From an uncultured delta proteobacterium (GTDB lineage: Bacteria; Desulfobacterota; Desulfomonilia; UBA1062), in the NCBI GenBank assembly GCA_963752595.1, contig CAVVYZ010000014.1, positions 1 to 64,000 on the forward strand: 64,000 bases of DNA. The letters run 5' to 3'. A program made the position numbers and the translations under genes. The notes beneath the pieces were generated by a model. That model was given only the letters and a program-made list of their open reading frames with translations, was not told the DNA's origin and searched no databases. Below, one piece after another: positions 40,420 through 50,863 of this stretch (the stretch's first letter is position 1; every line of letters begins with the position of its first letter).

Positions 40420-40950
40420 TTAGCCTTCTTCCCGGACGCCTTCCTTTACCTCTTCCCGGAAAACCTCTTCGAACTGTCTTAAGTCGGGCAGGTCGGATAG
40501 AGAATCCAAGCCGAAAACCTCGAGAAACCTCTGCGTTGTATGATACGTCAGGGGTTTTCCGTTCCTGATATCGATGAGCTGATGTTTGAGCAGGCTCTTC
40601 AGCGATGACGAGGAATCCACCCCGCGGATGGAGTCGATGGTCTGCTTGGAGCAGGGACCCTTGTAAGCGATCACGGCAAGCGCCTCAAGAGACGCCGGCG
40701 AGAGCCGGGCCGGGGTATGAAGGGATTTGAGGTACGACGCATATTCCTCCCTGGTTACGAACAGGTAGCCTGCACTGGCTCGATCGATGCGGAAGCTTCT
40801 CCCGGTCTCCTCGTAATGCCTGTTGAGCTCGGCCACATATGACTCCAGTTCTTCCGGGCTCGTATCCGGGACAGCCTTGAGTATATCTCGGACAGGAAGC
40901 GAACCGCTCCCCGAAAAGATGAGCGCCTCAATGATTTCTCTCTTATGCAT
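40420..40950 (-). CDS. scpB: Segregation and condensation protein B
   Basis: IEALIF, LEALAVIAYK, IRGVDS, TT..FLEVFGL..L.DLP. Confidence 0.93.
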   Translation of the reverse strand: MHKREIIEALIFSGSGSLPVRDILKAVPDTSPEELESYVAELNRHYEETGRSFRIDRASAGYLFVTREEYASYLKSLHTPARLSPASLEALAVIAYKGPCSKQTIDSIRGVDSSSSLKSLLKHQLIDIRNGKPLTYHTTQRFLEVFGLDSLSDLPDLRQFEEVFREEVKEGVREEG

Positions 40951-41004
40951 CGGCCTTCCCTGCCTCCCCAATGATCATCGTATAAAGCCCGTTGCCTTTC
41001 CTGT

Positions 41005-41715
41005 TTACCGTCTCGCGATATAGATCGTCGAGAAAAGCTTGAGCTGGATGATGCGGGCAAGGGATCTCTTCGAGAGCTCAAGCGCTGCGAGGAACGCCCC
41101 AATGATCTCCATGCGATCCTTTGCCTCGGCCACCTCGGACAAGGGGACCCTCTCCTTCTTTTTCAGCAGCGCCTCGATCCTGTCGATCATGCCCTGGATA
41201 TTGAACCGCTTATACGCGATGTTCAGGATATGCTTCTTCGTGCGCGATTTGATAGCATCAATTGCCTCGAGCAGTACACCTATGCCCAAGGAAGAGAGGT
41301 CCCGTTCTTCCGGTGAGAGGCCCTTGGGAAACTTGTCCCTGAACAGCATGGGCCGGGAGACAAGGTCCTGCGATGCCATCCGTATCGCCCGGTAGGCGAT
41401 GAGCATTTCTTTGAGCTCCTGCGCAGGGTTGTGCCCCTCTTCCTCCCCCTCTTTTCTCGACGAGGGAAGCAGCAGGCAGGACTTGAGCCAGATCAGGTAT
41501 GAGGCCATCTCCAGGAATTCCCCTGCCAGCGACACATCCAGGTATTTTGCCTGCTCCACATAGTGCAGGTACTGCTCGATAATGGGGTAGACTTCAAGGT
41601 TCTCCAGGGTGAAGCGGTTCTTCTCGATGAGGTAAAGCAGCAGATCGAGCGGCCCCTCGAACGTGGAAAGACGGAGCACGAAATGAGGCTCGAAGCTCTC
41701 TTGAACTGCCTGCAC
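41005..41715 (-). CDS. scpA: Segregation and condensation protein A
   Basis: FEGPLDLLLYLI, EFLEMA..L..LKS..LLP, FLAALEL. Confidence 0.93.
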   Translation of the reverse strand: MQAVQESFEPHFVLRLSTFEGPLDLLLYLIEKNRFTLENLEVYPIIEQYLHYVEQAKYLDVSLAGEFLEMASYLIWLKSCLLLPSSRKEGEEEGHNPAQELKEMLIAYRAIRMASQDLVSRPMLFRDKFPKGLSPEERDLSSLGIGVLLEAIDAIKSRTKKHILNIAYKRFNIQGMIDRIEALLKKKERVPLSEVAEAKDRMEIIGAFLAALELSKRSLARIIQLKLFSTIYIARR

Positions 41716-41723
41716 CTGCTCTC

Positions 41724-42717
41724 CTAGTGTGCCAGCTTCATGACGGACCGGACCTTTTCCATGGTGATTTCCGATTCGCCGGCGGCCTTGAGGTCACCTT
41801 CCCTCAAGACCTCGTCGATCAGCGCCATGTTCCCCCGGTAATATTCGATCTTTTCCCAGATGGGCTCGAACTCCCGTATGAGATTCGCCATCAGGATCTG
41901 CTTGCACTCGACGCATCCGAGGCCGGCGCTCCTGCACCCTGTCCGGATCTCCGCCCTCTTCTCCTCATCCGTGAAGTATTCGTGCAGGGGATAGAGATTG
42001 CAGTCATCGGGTTCTCCCGGATCTTTTTTCCGCATGCGCTTCGCATCGGTGAGCATCTGCATGACTTTTTCCTTGATGCTCTCCCTGGTTTCATAGATGA
42101 AAATGGCGTTGTTGTACGACTTGGACATCTTCCTGCCGTCGATGCCCAGGACCCTGGCCGCCTCGGTGAGGATCTCCTTGGGCTCCTTGAGAATGCCGCC
42201 TCCCATAAATGAAGTTGAACCTCCTCACGATCTCCCGGGTGAGTTCCAGGTGGGGGAGCTGGTCTTCGCCGATGGGCACCCTGTCCGCATGGTACAAGAC
42301 AATGTCCGCGGCCTGGAGCACCGGGTATCCCAGGAACCCGAATGTGCTCAAATCCTTTTCCTTGAGCTCCTCTTTCAATTCTTTATAGGTTGGGTTCCTC
42401 TCCAGCCAGGACAACGGCGTGATCATGGACAGGAGCACGAAGAGCTCTGCATGGCTCTTGATATCCGACTGTCTGAAGATCACGGACTGTTTCGGGTCGA
42501 TGCCTACGCTCAGCCATATGGCGACCATATTCCGGGCACTGTCCCGGATAATGGACGGGTCCCGGTATTCGCTGGTCAGGGCGTGCCAGTCTGCGATGAA
42601 ATAGAAGCACTGGTATTCCTTCTGGAGCTCCACCCAGTTTTTCAGCACACCCAAATAGTGGCCGATGTGAAGATCTCCCGTTGGCCTGATGCCGGATACG
42701 ATGCGTTTCCTCTCCAT
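41724..42717 (-). CDS. trpS: Tryptophan--tRNA ligase; one indel near 42205
   Basis: SGIRPTGDLHIGH, YPVLQAADI, GEDQLPHLE in one frame; KMSKS in the next. Confidence 0.95.
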
Positions 42718-42728
42718 ATGATTCCTCG

Positions 42729-43346
42729 CTATATGCTTAATAAGAGATTGACTATTACTCTGATGATCGGGAAGATCACGAAATCCACCACCCGGGTGAA
42801 TATCAGAAGCAGCAGGATCATGAACCCGTACGGGGCTATCTTGCCGAATATTCCCTTGCCAGATCGGGCGGAAGCAGCCCTTCTAATATATGGCTTCCGT
42901 CAAGGGGCGGTATGGGGATAAGGTTAAAGATCGCCAGCCCCACGTTGATTTTGATCATGATCTGGATCATGAGGCTCAACGGGTAGAGGTACGATGTCAT
43001 GAGCATGCCCCCGAATGCCTTGTAGATTACGGCAAACACGACGGCGAGCCCCAGGTTCGATGCAGGTCCTGCCAGGGACACCCACATCATGTCTTTCTTC
43101 GGGTTCTTGAAGTACCGGTAATCGACCGGCACCGGTTTCGCCCATCCGATCATCCGTGTGATCATAAGGACCAGGAGCCCTACGATATCGATGTGTTTGA
43201 TGGGGTTGAGCGTGAGCCTGCCCGCATTCTTGGCCGTCGGGTCCCCGAGCCTGTAGGCAACATATCCGTGACTGACCTCATGGAACGTGATAGAGAAAAG
43301 CACAGGCACCATCAGGAGGATGAGTTGTTGTAGATATTGTATTCAT
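42729..43346 (-). CDS. Site-2 protease (M50 family); indels at both ends
   Basis: HEVSH, GRLTLNP, GWAKPVP, AGP.SN, FNLIPIPPLDG. Confidence 0.92.
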
Positions 43347-43420
43347 TATGGGCGCCTTATACCGCATGGCTGCGGCGGTGTCAAAAAATTACCGCAGGTT
43401 CCGGCCCCCTTTTTTCTCTG

Positions 43421-44590
43421 TCAAGAGCTTGCGGTATTTTTTCCCGTTTGTACGAACATGAGCATCAGCGATGCCGCAAAGGCGAAACTTGCACCCACGC
43501 CGAATGCGATATCGCTGCCGAAGGTCTCCCAGACTACGCCGAACAGGATCGATGCAGGAAGGGCGGTGATGCTCACGGCAAGACTGTAGGCCCCGTAGGC
43601 GCTCCCCCTGTTCTCCGCAGGCATGAGGTCTGCCACGAAAGCCTTTTCCACCCCTTCGGTGAGCCCGAAGTAGAGGCCGTAGCTGAAGAACAGGAGCCAT
43701 ACCGCCGTACTCGACGCCGCAAGGGCGAATCCGCCATATACCAGTGCATAGACAGTCCAGCCGAGGACAATGACGGGCTTCCTGCCCAGCTTGTCCGAAA
43801 GGCGTCCGCCGGGTATGGAAAAGATTGCCTTCGAAAAATGGAGCAGTGCCCAGAGGATCGGGATCATCGCTGCATGTATGCCTGCATCATGTGCCTTGAG
43901 CAGGAGGAATGCGTCCGTAGAGTTACCGAGGGTGAAAACCGACACGGTAACGAGGTACAGGATGAACCCGGGTTTCCTGATGCTGCCGAATGTAACCTTC
44001 GGGATATGCCTTGCGCTGCGCGCCCGTTCCCTGACTACGAAAAAGGCCAGGATCACGGTCATGATGCCGGGGATGATCGCAGCGAGAAAAACCGTACGAA
44101 TGGAGAGCCCGAAATACAGGAGCATTGCAGCAATGAGCGGCCCGATCAGCGCCCCCAAATGGTCCATGGCGCGCTGGAAGCCGAAGGCGACGCCCAGGTT
44201 CTCCGCACTCACCGAATCCGCCAGCAGGGCATCCCGGGGGGCGGTCCTGATCCCTTTCCCCACCCTGTCCGAAAACCGGAATATCAGGACATGGAGCCAT
44301 TGGGTGGATATTCCGATGAGCGGACGGATGATATTGGAAATCGCATACCCGGCAGCGAAAATCGGTTTCCGCCTGCTCAGGCGGTCGGAATAGAGGCCGG
44401 AAAAGTACTTTATCAGGGAAACGGTCGTCTCTGCGACACCCTCGATGACCCCGAGGGTTGCGGCCCCGGCATGGAGGACGCTCGTGAGGAAGATCGGCAG
44501 GAGCGGGTAGATCATTTCGCTCGCCACATCGTTCATGAGGCTGATGAGCCCCATGCCGACAACGTTCCTGTTGCCGTACCGGTCACCCAT
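43421..44590 (-). CDS. Major facilitator superfamily transporter
   Basis: About 12 hydrophobic segments; SDRLSRRK and SDKLGRK motif A; DRVGKGIRTAPRDALL; start taken at MGDRY. Confidence 0.9.
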   Translation of the reverse strand: MGDRYGNRNVVGMGLISLMNDVASEMIYPLLPIFLTSVLHAGAATLGVIEGVAETTVSLIKYFSGLYSDRLSRRKPIFAAGYAISNIIRPLIGISTQWLHVLIFRFSDRVGKGIRTAPRDALLADSVSAENLGVAFGFQRAMDHLGALIGPLIAAMLLYFGLSIRTVFLAAIIPGIMTVILAFFVVRERARSARHIPKVTFGSIRKPGFILYLVTVSVFTLGNSTDAFLLLKAHDAGIHAAMIPILWALLHFSKAIFSIPGGRLSDKLGRKPVIVLGWTVYALVYGGFALAASSTAVWLLFFSYGLYFGLTEGVEKAFVADLMPAENRGSAYGAYSLAVSITALPASILFGVVWETFGSDIAFGVGASFAFAASLMLMFVQTGKNTASS

Positions 44591-44734
44591 TATTTCTTTC
44601 CAGCGTCCGCCCATGCTCACATTAAAAAACATCCTTTTCGCGTGGCTGTCCACAGGGAAATGAAAACTTCTTTTAAATCCGGAGAAGGTGTTTGCTCCTT
44701 GACTGTCCATAGGTGCTGATATATAAAAACAGGG

Positions 44735-44825
44735 CTCTTTTACATGGGGTGGTTCATCTTTGGAGCCTGAGATCATACCCATTGAACCTGACCCGGATAA
44801 TGCCGGCGGAGGGAGGGAGAAGATG
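44735..44825 (+). ncRNA. TPP riboswitch
   Basis: GGGGTG...CTGAGA...ACCC..TGAACCTGACCCGGATAATGCCGGCGGAGGGA upstream of thiE-thiC. Confidence 0.95.
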
Positions 44826-44855
44826 CACGGGAAATTGCATAAAAGAATATCAAAG

Positions 44856-44889
44856 AGCCGTCTCCTTTTCCGAAGGGACGGCTTTTTTT
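44856..44889 (+). terminator. Riboswitch expression-platform terminator
   Basis: AGCCGTC...GACGGCT stem followed by a T run. Confidence 0.85.
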
Positions 44890-44962
44890 GCCGGGAACTG
44901 TAGACGGCAGGGAAAAGGATGATTTATTTTCCCGAAAATATATCTGCCTTGAAGAAACGCTT

Positions 44963-45988
44963 ATGACTATGACGAGAGAGGTCCAGAGAATCATCGATGC
45001 CAACCTCAACCGGGCCACAGAAGGGCTCCGGGTGGTCGAGGATGTCTTCCGGTACGGGCTCGATGATTCCCGCATGCAGCAGAAGTTGAAGAGTCTGCGG
45101 CACCGTCTGGCATCCGTTGTGGATTTCAGCCTCTTCATCGCTGCACGGGATGCATCGGCCGACGTCGGGTTTGATGCGAAGGGCATGCTCGAAGACAAGA
45201 GATCGTCATGTAAGGATATCCTGAGGTCCAACATGAAGCGGGTTCAGGAGGCATTGCGCGTCCTGGAGGAGATGATGAAGCTCGATTCTCCCAAAACATC
45301 CCGCGTTATGAAAGAGATCCGGTACGCCTGCTATCAGATCGAGCGGGACATGGAGCTCATGGGGAAAAAGCCTCTTTCCAAAGGCCTCTACCTCATTCTG
45401 ACCGATCCGCCTCAAGGGTACGAGAGGATGACCGAGATGGCCGTCTCGGAGAGGATTCCGGCCGTGCAGCTCCGGTATATAGGCCATGACTTCAGGCTTT
45501 TCCTGGACCTTGCGTGCACACTCAGAGAGATCACGAAAGGCTCCGATACCCTGTTTATCGTCAATGGCCGGGTAGACATCGCGCTCCTGGCGAATGCTGA
45601 CGGTGTCCACCTCGGCCAGGAGGACATCCCGCCGAAAGACGCACGCAGGCTTGCAGGCGACCGGCTGCTCATCGGCCTGTCCACTCACACCCTCGATCAG
45701 GTCGAGCAGGCCGGAGCGGAGCCGATCGATTACATCGGGTTCGGCCCGGTGTTTTCCCCTTTCTCAAAGGAGAATCCGGACCCGGTCACCGGGGTGGAGA
45801 TGCTTCAGATAGCGGTCGGCCGGTCGAAGTTCCCGGTCGTGGCCATCGGCGGGATCACCCGCAAACGGCTCGAACGTTTCTCCGGGATTCCATGCCGGAA
45901 CGTCGCATGCATCGGGGCCGTCGCCATGTCCCCGGACCCGGCAGGAGAGATGAGATTCTTACACACAAGGATTGGAGAGATACTATGA
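44963..45988 (+). CDS. thiE: Thiamine-phosphate synthase with N-terminal ThiD2 domain
   Basis: DANLNR..EGLRVVED and NMKRVQEALRVLEE (ThiD2); GVHLGQED, GLSTH, GPVF, AIGGI. Confidence 0.9.
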   Translation: MTMTREVQRIIDANLNRATEGLRVVEDVFRYGLDDSRMQQKLKSLRHRLASVVDFSLFIAARDASADVGFDAKGMLEDKRSSCKDILRSNMKRVQEALRVLEEMMKLDSPKTSRVMKEIRYACYQIERDMELMGKKPLSKGLYLILTDPPQGYERMTEMAVSERIPAVQLRYIGHDFRLFLDLACTLREITKGSDTLFIVNGRVDIALLANADGVHLGQEDIPPKDARRLAGDRLLIGLSTHTLDQVEQAGAEPIDYIGFGPVFSPFSKENPDPVTGVEMLQIAVGRSKFPVVAIGGITRKRLERFSGIPCRNVACIGAVAMSPDPAGEMRFLHTRIGEIL

Positions 45989-47260
45989 CACAGAGACAAG
46001 ATGCCCTGAATGGAATCATAACCCCGGAAATGGAAGCAGTTGCCGGGTATGAAGGGCTCGACCCGGAAAACATCCGGTCGGGCATTGCCGAAGGGACCAT
46101 CGCCATACCCAAGAACTCCCGAAGGTCCTTTCCGAACGTGCGGGGCATCGGGAAAGGACTGCGCACCAAGATCAACGCAAATATCGGCTCGTCCCCCTAC
46201 CATATGGACATCAAGGAAGAGATCGAAAAACTCCACGCAGCGGTTCATTACGGCGCCGATGCGGTGATGGACCTTTCACTCGGCTCCGAGATCATCAATA
46301 TCCGGAGGGAAATCGTCAGGGAATCCCCGGTGATGATCGGCACGGTGCCGATCTACCAGACAGCCTTCGAGCTCAGCTCCAGTGGCAGAGACATCACGGA
46401 CATGACCATCGATGATTTTCTCAAGACGGTCCGGAACCAGGCCGAAGAAGGCGTCGATTTCATGACCATTCACTCCGGCGTGAACCTGCAGGCCCTGGCA
46501 GCCCTCGAATCACAGAAACGCCTTCTCGATGTAGTGAGCCGGGGCGGGTCCTTCCTCGTTTCGTGGATGAAGAAAAACAACAGGCAGTCACCCCTGTACG
46601 AGCATTACGACGAGATCCTCGACATCATGGCGGAGTACGACATAACCATATCGCTCGGAGACGGAATGCGGCCCGGGGCAACGGCCGATGCAACGGACCG
46701 CGCCCAGATCACCGAACTGGTCACGCTCTCCGAGCTCGCCCAGCGCGCGTGGGACAAGGGCGTCCAGGTGCTCATCGAGGGCCCGGGGCATGTGCCTCTC
46801 CATATGGTCCAGGAAAACATCCGGATTCAGAAATCCCTGTGCAAGGGGGCTCCCTTCTATGTGCTCGGGCCTCTGGTCACTGACTGCGCGGCCGGGTATG
46901 ACCATATCGCAGGCGCCATCGGCGGAGCGCTCGCAGCATACTTCGGCGCCGATTTCCTCTGCTACGTCACCCCGGCAGAGCACCTGCGGCTTCCCACCGT
47001 GGAACACGTGATCGAGGGCGTGATCGCTTCCAGGATCGCTGCCCATGCAGCAGACCTTGCCAAGGGCATGAAGTACGCCAGAGAAAGAATACGAGATGGC
47101 CAGGGCACGAAAGAAACTGGACTGGGAAAGCCAGATGAAGTGCTGCCTCGATCCGGATAAGGCAAGGTGCATGAGGGAGTCGAGCGAGATCGGCAAGGAC
47201 GACGTATGCACCATGTGCGGCGAGTTCTGCGCCATCAAACGCCTGAACGAAGTTCTCTAA
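45985..47260 (+). CDS. thiC: Phosphomethylpyrimidine synthase; indels near the 3' end
   Basis: KINANIG, MDLS, GTVPIYQ, SRGGS, EGPGH, CYVTPAEHL; CTMCGEFC in a shifted frame. Confidence 0.95.
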
Positions 47261-47518
47261 AGGGACCCATGCCCGTTTCGGATGCTTCCGGCCTGCGGAT
47301 CATATCGATCCTCTCTGGGGAAGCGGGCTCAGAAAGGCATATGCCGGGGGCGTCGAGGTCCTGGTATATTCCACCTCCATCACTGCTTCCGGCATGGCAA
47401 TCGGCTGCCGTGTTCCCTATCGCCGACCTGAAGCGTCAAAGCCGTAAATTCACTCATATAGGAATTGAAATCCGGTCATGTAGACCTTATTAACCCTTTA
47501 AGGAGAAGGAGTGAGAAC

Positions 47519-47997
47519 ATGGCTCAAAAGACCAATGGAAGGCCGAAATTAGAAGGTGAAAATGAGGAGAGCGTTGTGGAATATACACCTTCTGAAACCG
47601 TTCAGAATGCGATCAAGGACTTTCACACGCATAAGGCAAGGCTGCCGAAGCACTATACAGAAATCATCAAGGCGCTGTTTGAAAAAAGCAGGAAGCGGGT
47701 AGCAACCTACTATTGTCCCAACACGTCCTGTAAAGGCACCTTCTGGGATTCCGAGCAGGGATATGAATGCCCCAGGTGCGGTTTTCTGGGGATCATCAGC
47801 GAGTATAAATATTCGAACGCTACAAATGATACCAGAGAGCGCAACATCATCGGGTACATAGACACCCTGGGTCGTCTTTTCTGCAGCGGCTGCATCCTTG
47901 ATACGGCGTGCAGAACGAAGTGGGTCTCATCGTATACGACGACACCGAGCCGTTTTGCTTTGAGCGATGCGAGTTATGCAAAGAGCAGCTCGGCTGA
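47519..47997 (+). CDS. Hypothetical cysteine-rich (double zinc-binding) protein; probable indel near 47900
   Basis: AAGGAG RBS; CPNTSC, CPRC, CSGC, then CELC in the shifted frame. Confidence 0.6.
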
Positions 47998-48115
47998 CCG
48001 GTTTACCTTTCCCCATCTCACGAATTATCTTATCCACCGGTTGCGGCAGTAAGCCCATCGGTGCTTGATGCAGCACCATTAGACACGATGGCAAAAAACA
48101 GTATATAGTGATTCC

Positions 48116-48834
48116 ATGTACAGGGTACGCATCAATAAATATATCGCCTCTACCGGTTCCATATCCCGCCGGAAGGCCGATGAGCTTCTCCGTGAGGGCC
48201 GGGTCGCGGTAAACGGCCATACGGCCTTACTGGGTGATACCATCAACCCCGACAGCGATACAGTAGCCGTCGACGGCAAACCGGCGCTTCCCCAGAAGCT
48301 CGTGTATCTTGCCATGTACAAGCCGAGGAATGTCGTCACGACCCTGCACGACCCTGAAGGCAGGCCGTGCGTCAAGGATCTCATCCCCGGAAGGTACGAC
48401 GGGGTTTTCCCGGTCGGCAGACTTGATTTTGACGCCGAAGGGCTGCTCCTCCTGACGAATGACGGTCATTTGGCGCATACCCTTCATCACCCTTCTCACA
48501 ATGTCCCCAAGACCTATATCGTTTCAGCTCGACACCCAAGGCAAATCCGGAACAATTCAGGAAATGGAAGAAGGAGTCATACTTGACGGAAAAAAGACCC
48601 GGTCCGCACGGAGATAGATCTCCTGCGACATCAGGACAGGGGCTCCCCTGTAGGATCACCTTGAGGCAGGGGCTGAAAAACCAGATCAAGAGAATGGCTG
48701 AGGCAGTGGGCTTACAGGTTGTTTCCATCAAGCGGATCTCCGTCGGACCCATCAGCGTAGAAGGGATTACTCCCGGCCAGATGAGGGAACTGAAACCTTT
48801 GGAGATCGAAAAACTTCATAAGATATTAAAATAG
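48116..48834 (+). CDS. RsuA/RluB family rRNA pseudouridine synthase; frameshifted
   Basis: S4 domain SRRKAD, KP, VGRLDFDAEGLLLLTNDG, PKTY, QGLKNQIKRM. Confidence 0.9.
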
Positions 48835-48845
48835 CATAAAAAACC

Positions 48846-48873
48846 TTGACATAGTTCCACAACCCCCTATATT
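48846..48873 (+). promoter_or_regulatory. Sigma-70 promoter candidate for the IHF gene
   Basis: TTGACA-16 bp-TATATT. Confidence 0.5.
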
Positions 48874-48905
48874 TAATTGTGTAAACTAACAGTGTGGAGG
48901 AACAA

Positions 48906-49190
48906 ATGAATAAATCCGAACTGATTGAAGAGCTGTCAATGCGCATGGCGATCCATCCGAAGAAGGCCGAAGCCATGGTAAATACGATCCTGAATTCCAT
49001 GATAGATGCCATGAAAGATAGCCGGCGCGTAGAAATCCGCGGGTTCGGAAGCTTCGTCATGAGAGACTATAAGCCCTACATCGGCAGGAACCCAAAGAGC
49101 GGCGAGAAGATCCAGGTCAGAGAGAAGACGCTTCCCTTCTTCAAATCCGGCAAGGACATGAGAGATCGCGTGAACGAAGGCAGAGGATAA
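48906..49190 (+). CDS. ihfB: Integration host factor beta / HU family protein
   Basis: MNKSELI, RVEIRGFGSF, GRNPKSGE, PFFKSGK. Confidence 0.85.
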   Translation: MNKSELIEELSMRMAIHPKKAEAMVNTILNSMIDAMKDSRRVEIRGFGSFVMRDYKPYIGRNPKSGEKIQVREKTLPFFKSGKDMRDRVNEGRG

Positions 49191-49244
49191 CAGCCCTCTC
49201 CCCAACAGCCTCTTCTTCTTTTATTTCCCATGAGCGTCTAGATA

Positions 49245-49273
49245 TTGACGCATTATGGGTAATGTGTTATATA
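49245..49273 (+). promoter_or_regulatory. Sigma-70 promoter candidate for the first flagellar regulator
   Basis: TTGACG-17 bp-TATATA with extended TG. Confidence 0.5.
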
Positions 49274-49291
49274 GCACCTGCATAGGATTGT

Positions 49292-50696
49292 ATGAGCACA
49301 CATAATATACTCATTGTCGATGACGAAGGGCAGAATAGGGATTATCTCTCCGAGATACTTTCCCAGGAGGATTATAACGTAAGTTCGGCCTCCAACGGCA
49401 AAGACGCTATTGCCAAGCTCTCCCAGGATCTTTCCACGTCGTCCTGACCGACCTCCAGATGCCCGAGCTCGACGGCCTCGGCGTCATCCGCTACCTCGTG
49501 GAAAACAAGCTGAACTGCATCGGGATCATCTTCACGGGGTACGGCTCCGTCAAAGACGGCGGTCGACGCCATGAAGCTCGGCGCATTCGACTACATCACC
49601 AAGCCCTTCAAGGCGGACGAGATCAAGGTCGTGGTGAAGAAGGCCCTCGACCACCTTGCCCTCCAGGAAGAGAACACCTACCTCAAGCAGCAGCTCAAGG
49701 CAAAGTACAAATTCGAGAACATCGTCGGCACCTCGGACAGGATGCAGAAGGTCTTCAGCCTCATCGACAAGGTGCCGTCCACGGATTCCACCGTGCTGAT
49801 CCTCGGCGAATCCGGGACGGGCAAAGAGCTCGTCGCCCGGGCCCTGCACTACAACTCACCACAGGGCACAGAACCCCTTTGTCCCCGTCAACTGCGGGGC
49901 CATCCCGGAAGAGCTGCTCGAAAGCGAGCTCTTCGGCCATGAAAAGGGCGCCTTTACCGGCGCCTTCCGGACCAGGATCGGCCGCTTCGAGCTGGCCAAC
50001 AGCGGCAGCATTTTCCTCGACGAGATCTCGGAGATGAGCCCCAACCTCCAGGTCAAGCTGCTGCAGGGTCATCCAGGAGAGGGAATTCGAGACGGGTCGG
50101 CGGAATCAAGTCGATCAAGACCGACGTGCGGATCATCGCAGCCACCAACAAGGACCTCGAGGAAGAGGTTGCCGAGGGCAGGTTCCGGGAAGACCTCTAC
50201 TACCGGCTCAACGTCATACCCCTGAATCTGCCGCCCTTAAGGGAGAGGAAGGAGGACATCCCCCTGCTCGTGAAGCATTTCCTGGCCAAATACGGCAAGG
50301 AAAAGAACAGCAAGTGACCGGCTTCGGCAAGAAGGCCATGAATGTGCTCATGCAGTACAAGTGGCCGGGCAATGTCCGCGAGCTGGAAAACCTCGTGGAG
50401 CGCGTGCTGGTGTTGTGAAGGCCCGGAGATGGACCTGAACGACCTGCCCGAAAAGATCCTGGCGGTACGCTGTCGAGTGCTCGTCTGCTATTCCCCAGAT
50501 CGACCTGCCCGAATCCGGCATAGATCTCTCCACAGCGGTGAGCGACTTTGAAAGAAGCATCATCATCCAGGCCCTCACCAAGAGCAACTGGGTCAAAAAC
50601 CGAGCCGCAAAGCTCCTCCACGTAAACCGGACCACGCTGGTGGAAAAAATCAAGAAGCAGAAGCTTGAAAAGCCCGCAGAGGTAAAGCTGGATTAG
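49292..50696 (+). CDS. Sigma-54-dependent response regulator, probable flagellar master regulator (FlrA/FgrM-like); several frameshifts
   Basis: [57 protein letters not shown]; upstream of flagellar genes. Confidence 0.88.
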
Positions 50697-50779
50697 ATTC
50701 TCTCCTTATCACAGCCCTGCTCGTGGAAGAACCTTTAAAGGCCCGCCACCCCCGAACACCCGTCACTTCTCCCTTTCAT

Positions 50780-50795
50780 TGGCATGGAAGTTGTA
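50780..50795 (+). promoter_or_regulatory. Sigma-54 (-24/-12) promoter candidate
   Basis: TGGCAT-N5-TTGTA versus consensus TGGCAC-N5-TTGC. Confidence 0.55.
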
Positions 50796-50863
50796 TTTCA
50801 TGAGGGAGTGAAAAATTAGGAAAATATCCGATCAGCGCCGGTTGCGTATCTGCCCTATGGGTA

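Noticed and set aside
43337-44782. 460-aa plus-strand ORF and the 5' extension of the MFS ORF
   Set aside because: The first is antisense to the MFS gene; the extension would overlap the TPP riboswitch and divergent promoters.
1-50500. Mass pseudogenisation or programmed frameshifting
   Set aside because: Indels hit essential or highly conserved genes (trpS, thiC, por) while motifs stay intact and no consistent slippery site is visible; sequencing error is the simpler explanation.
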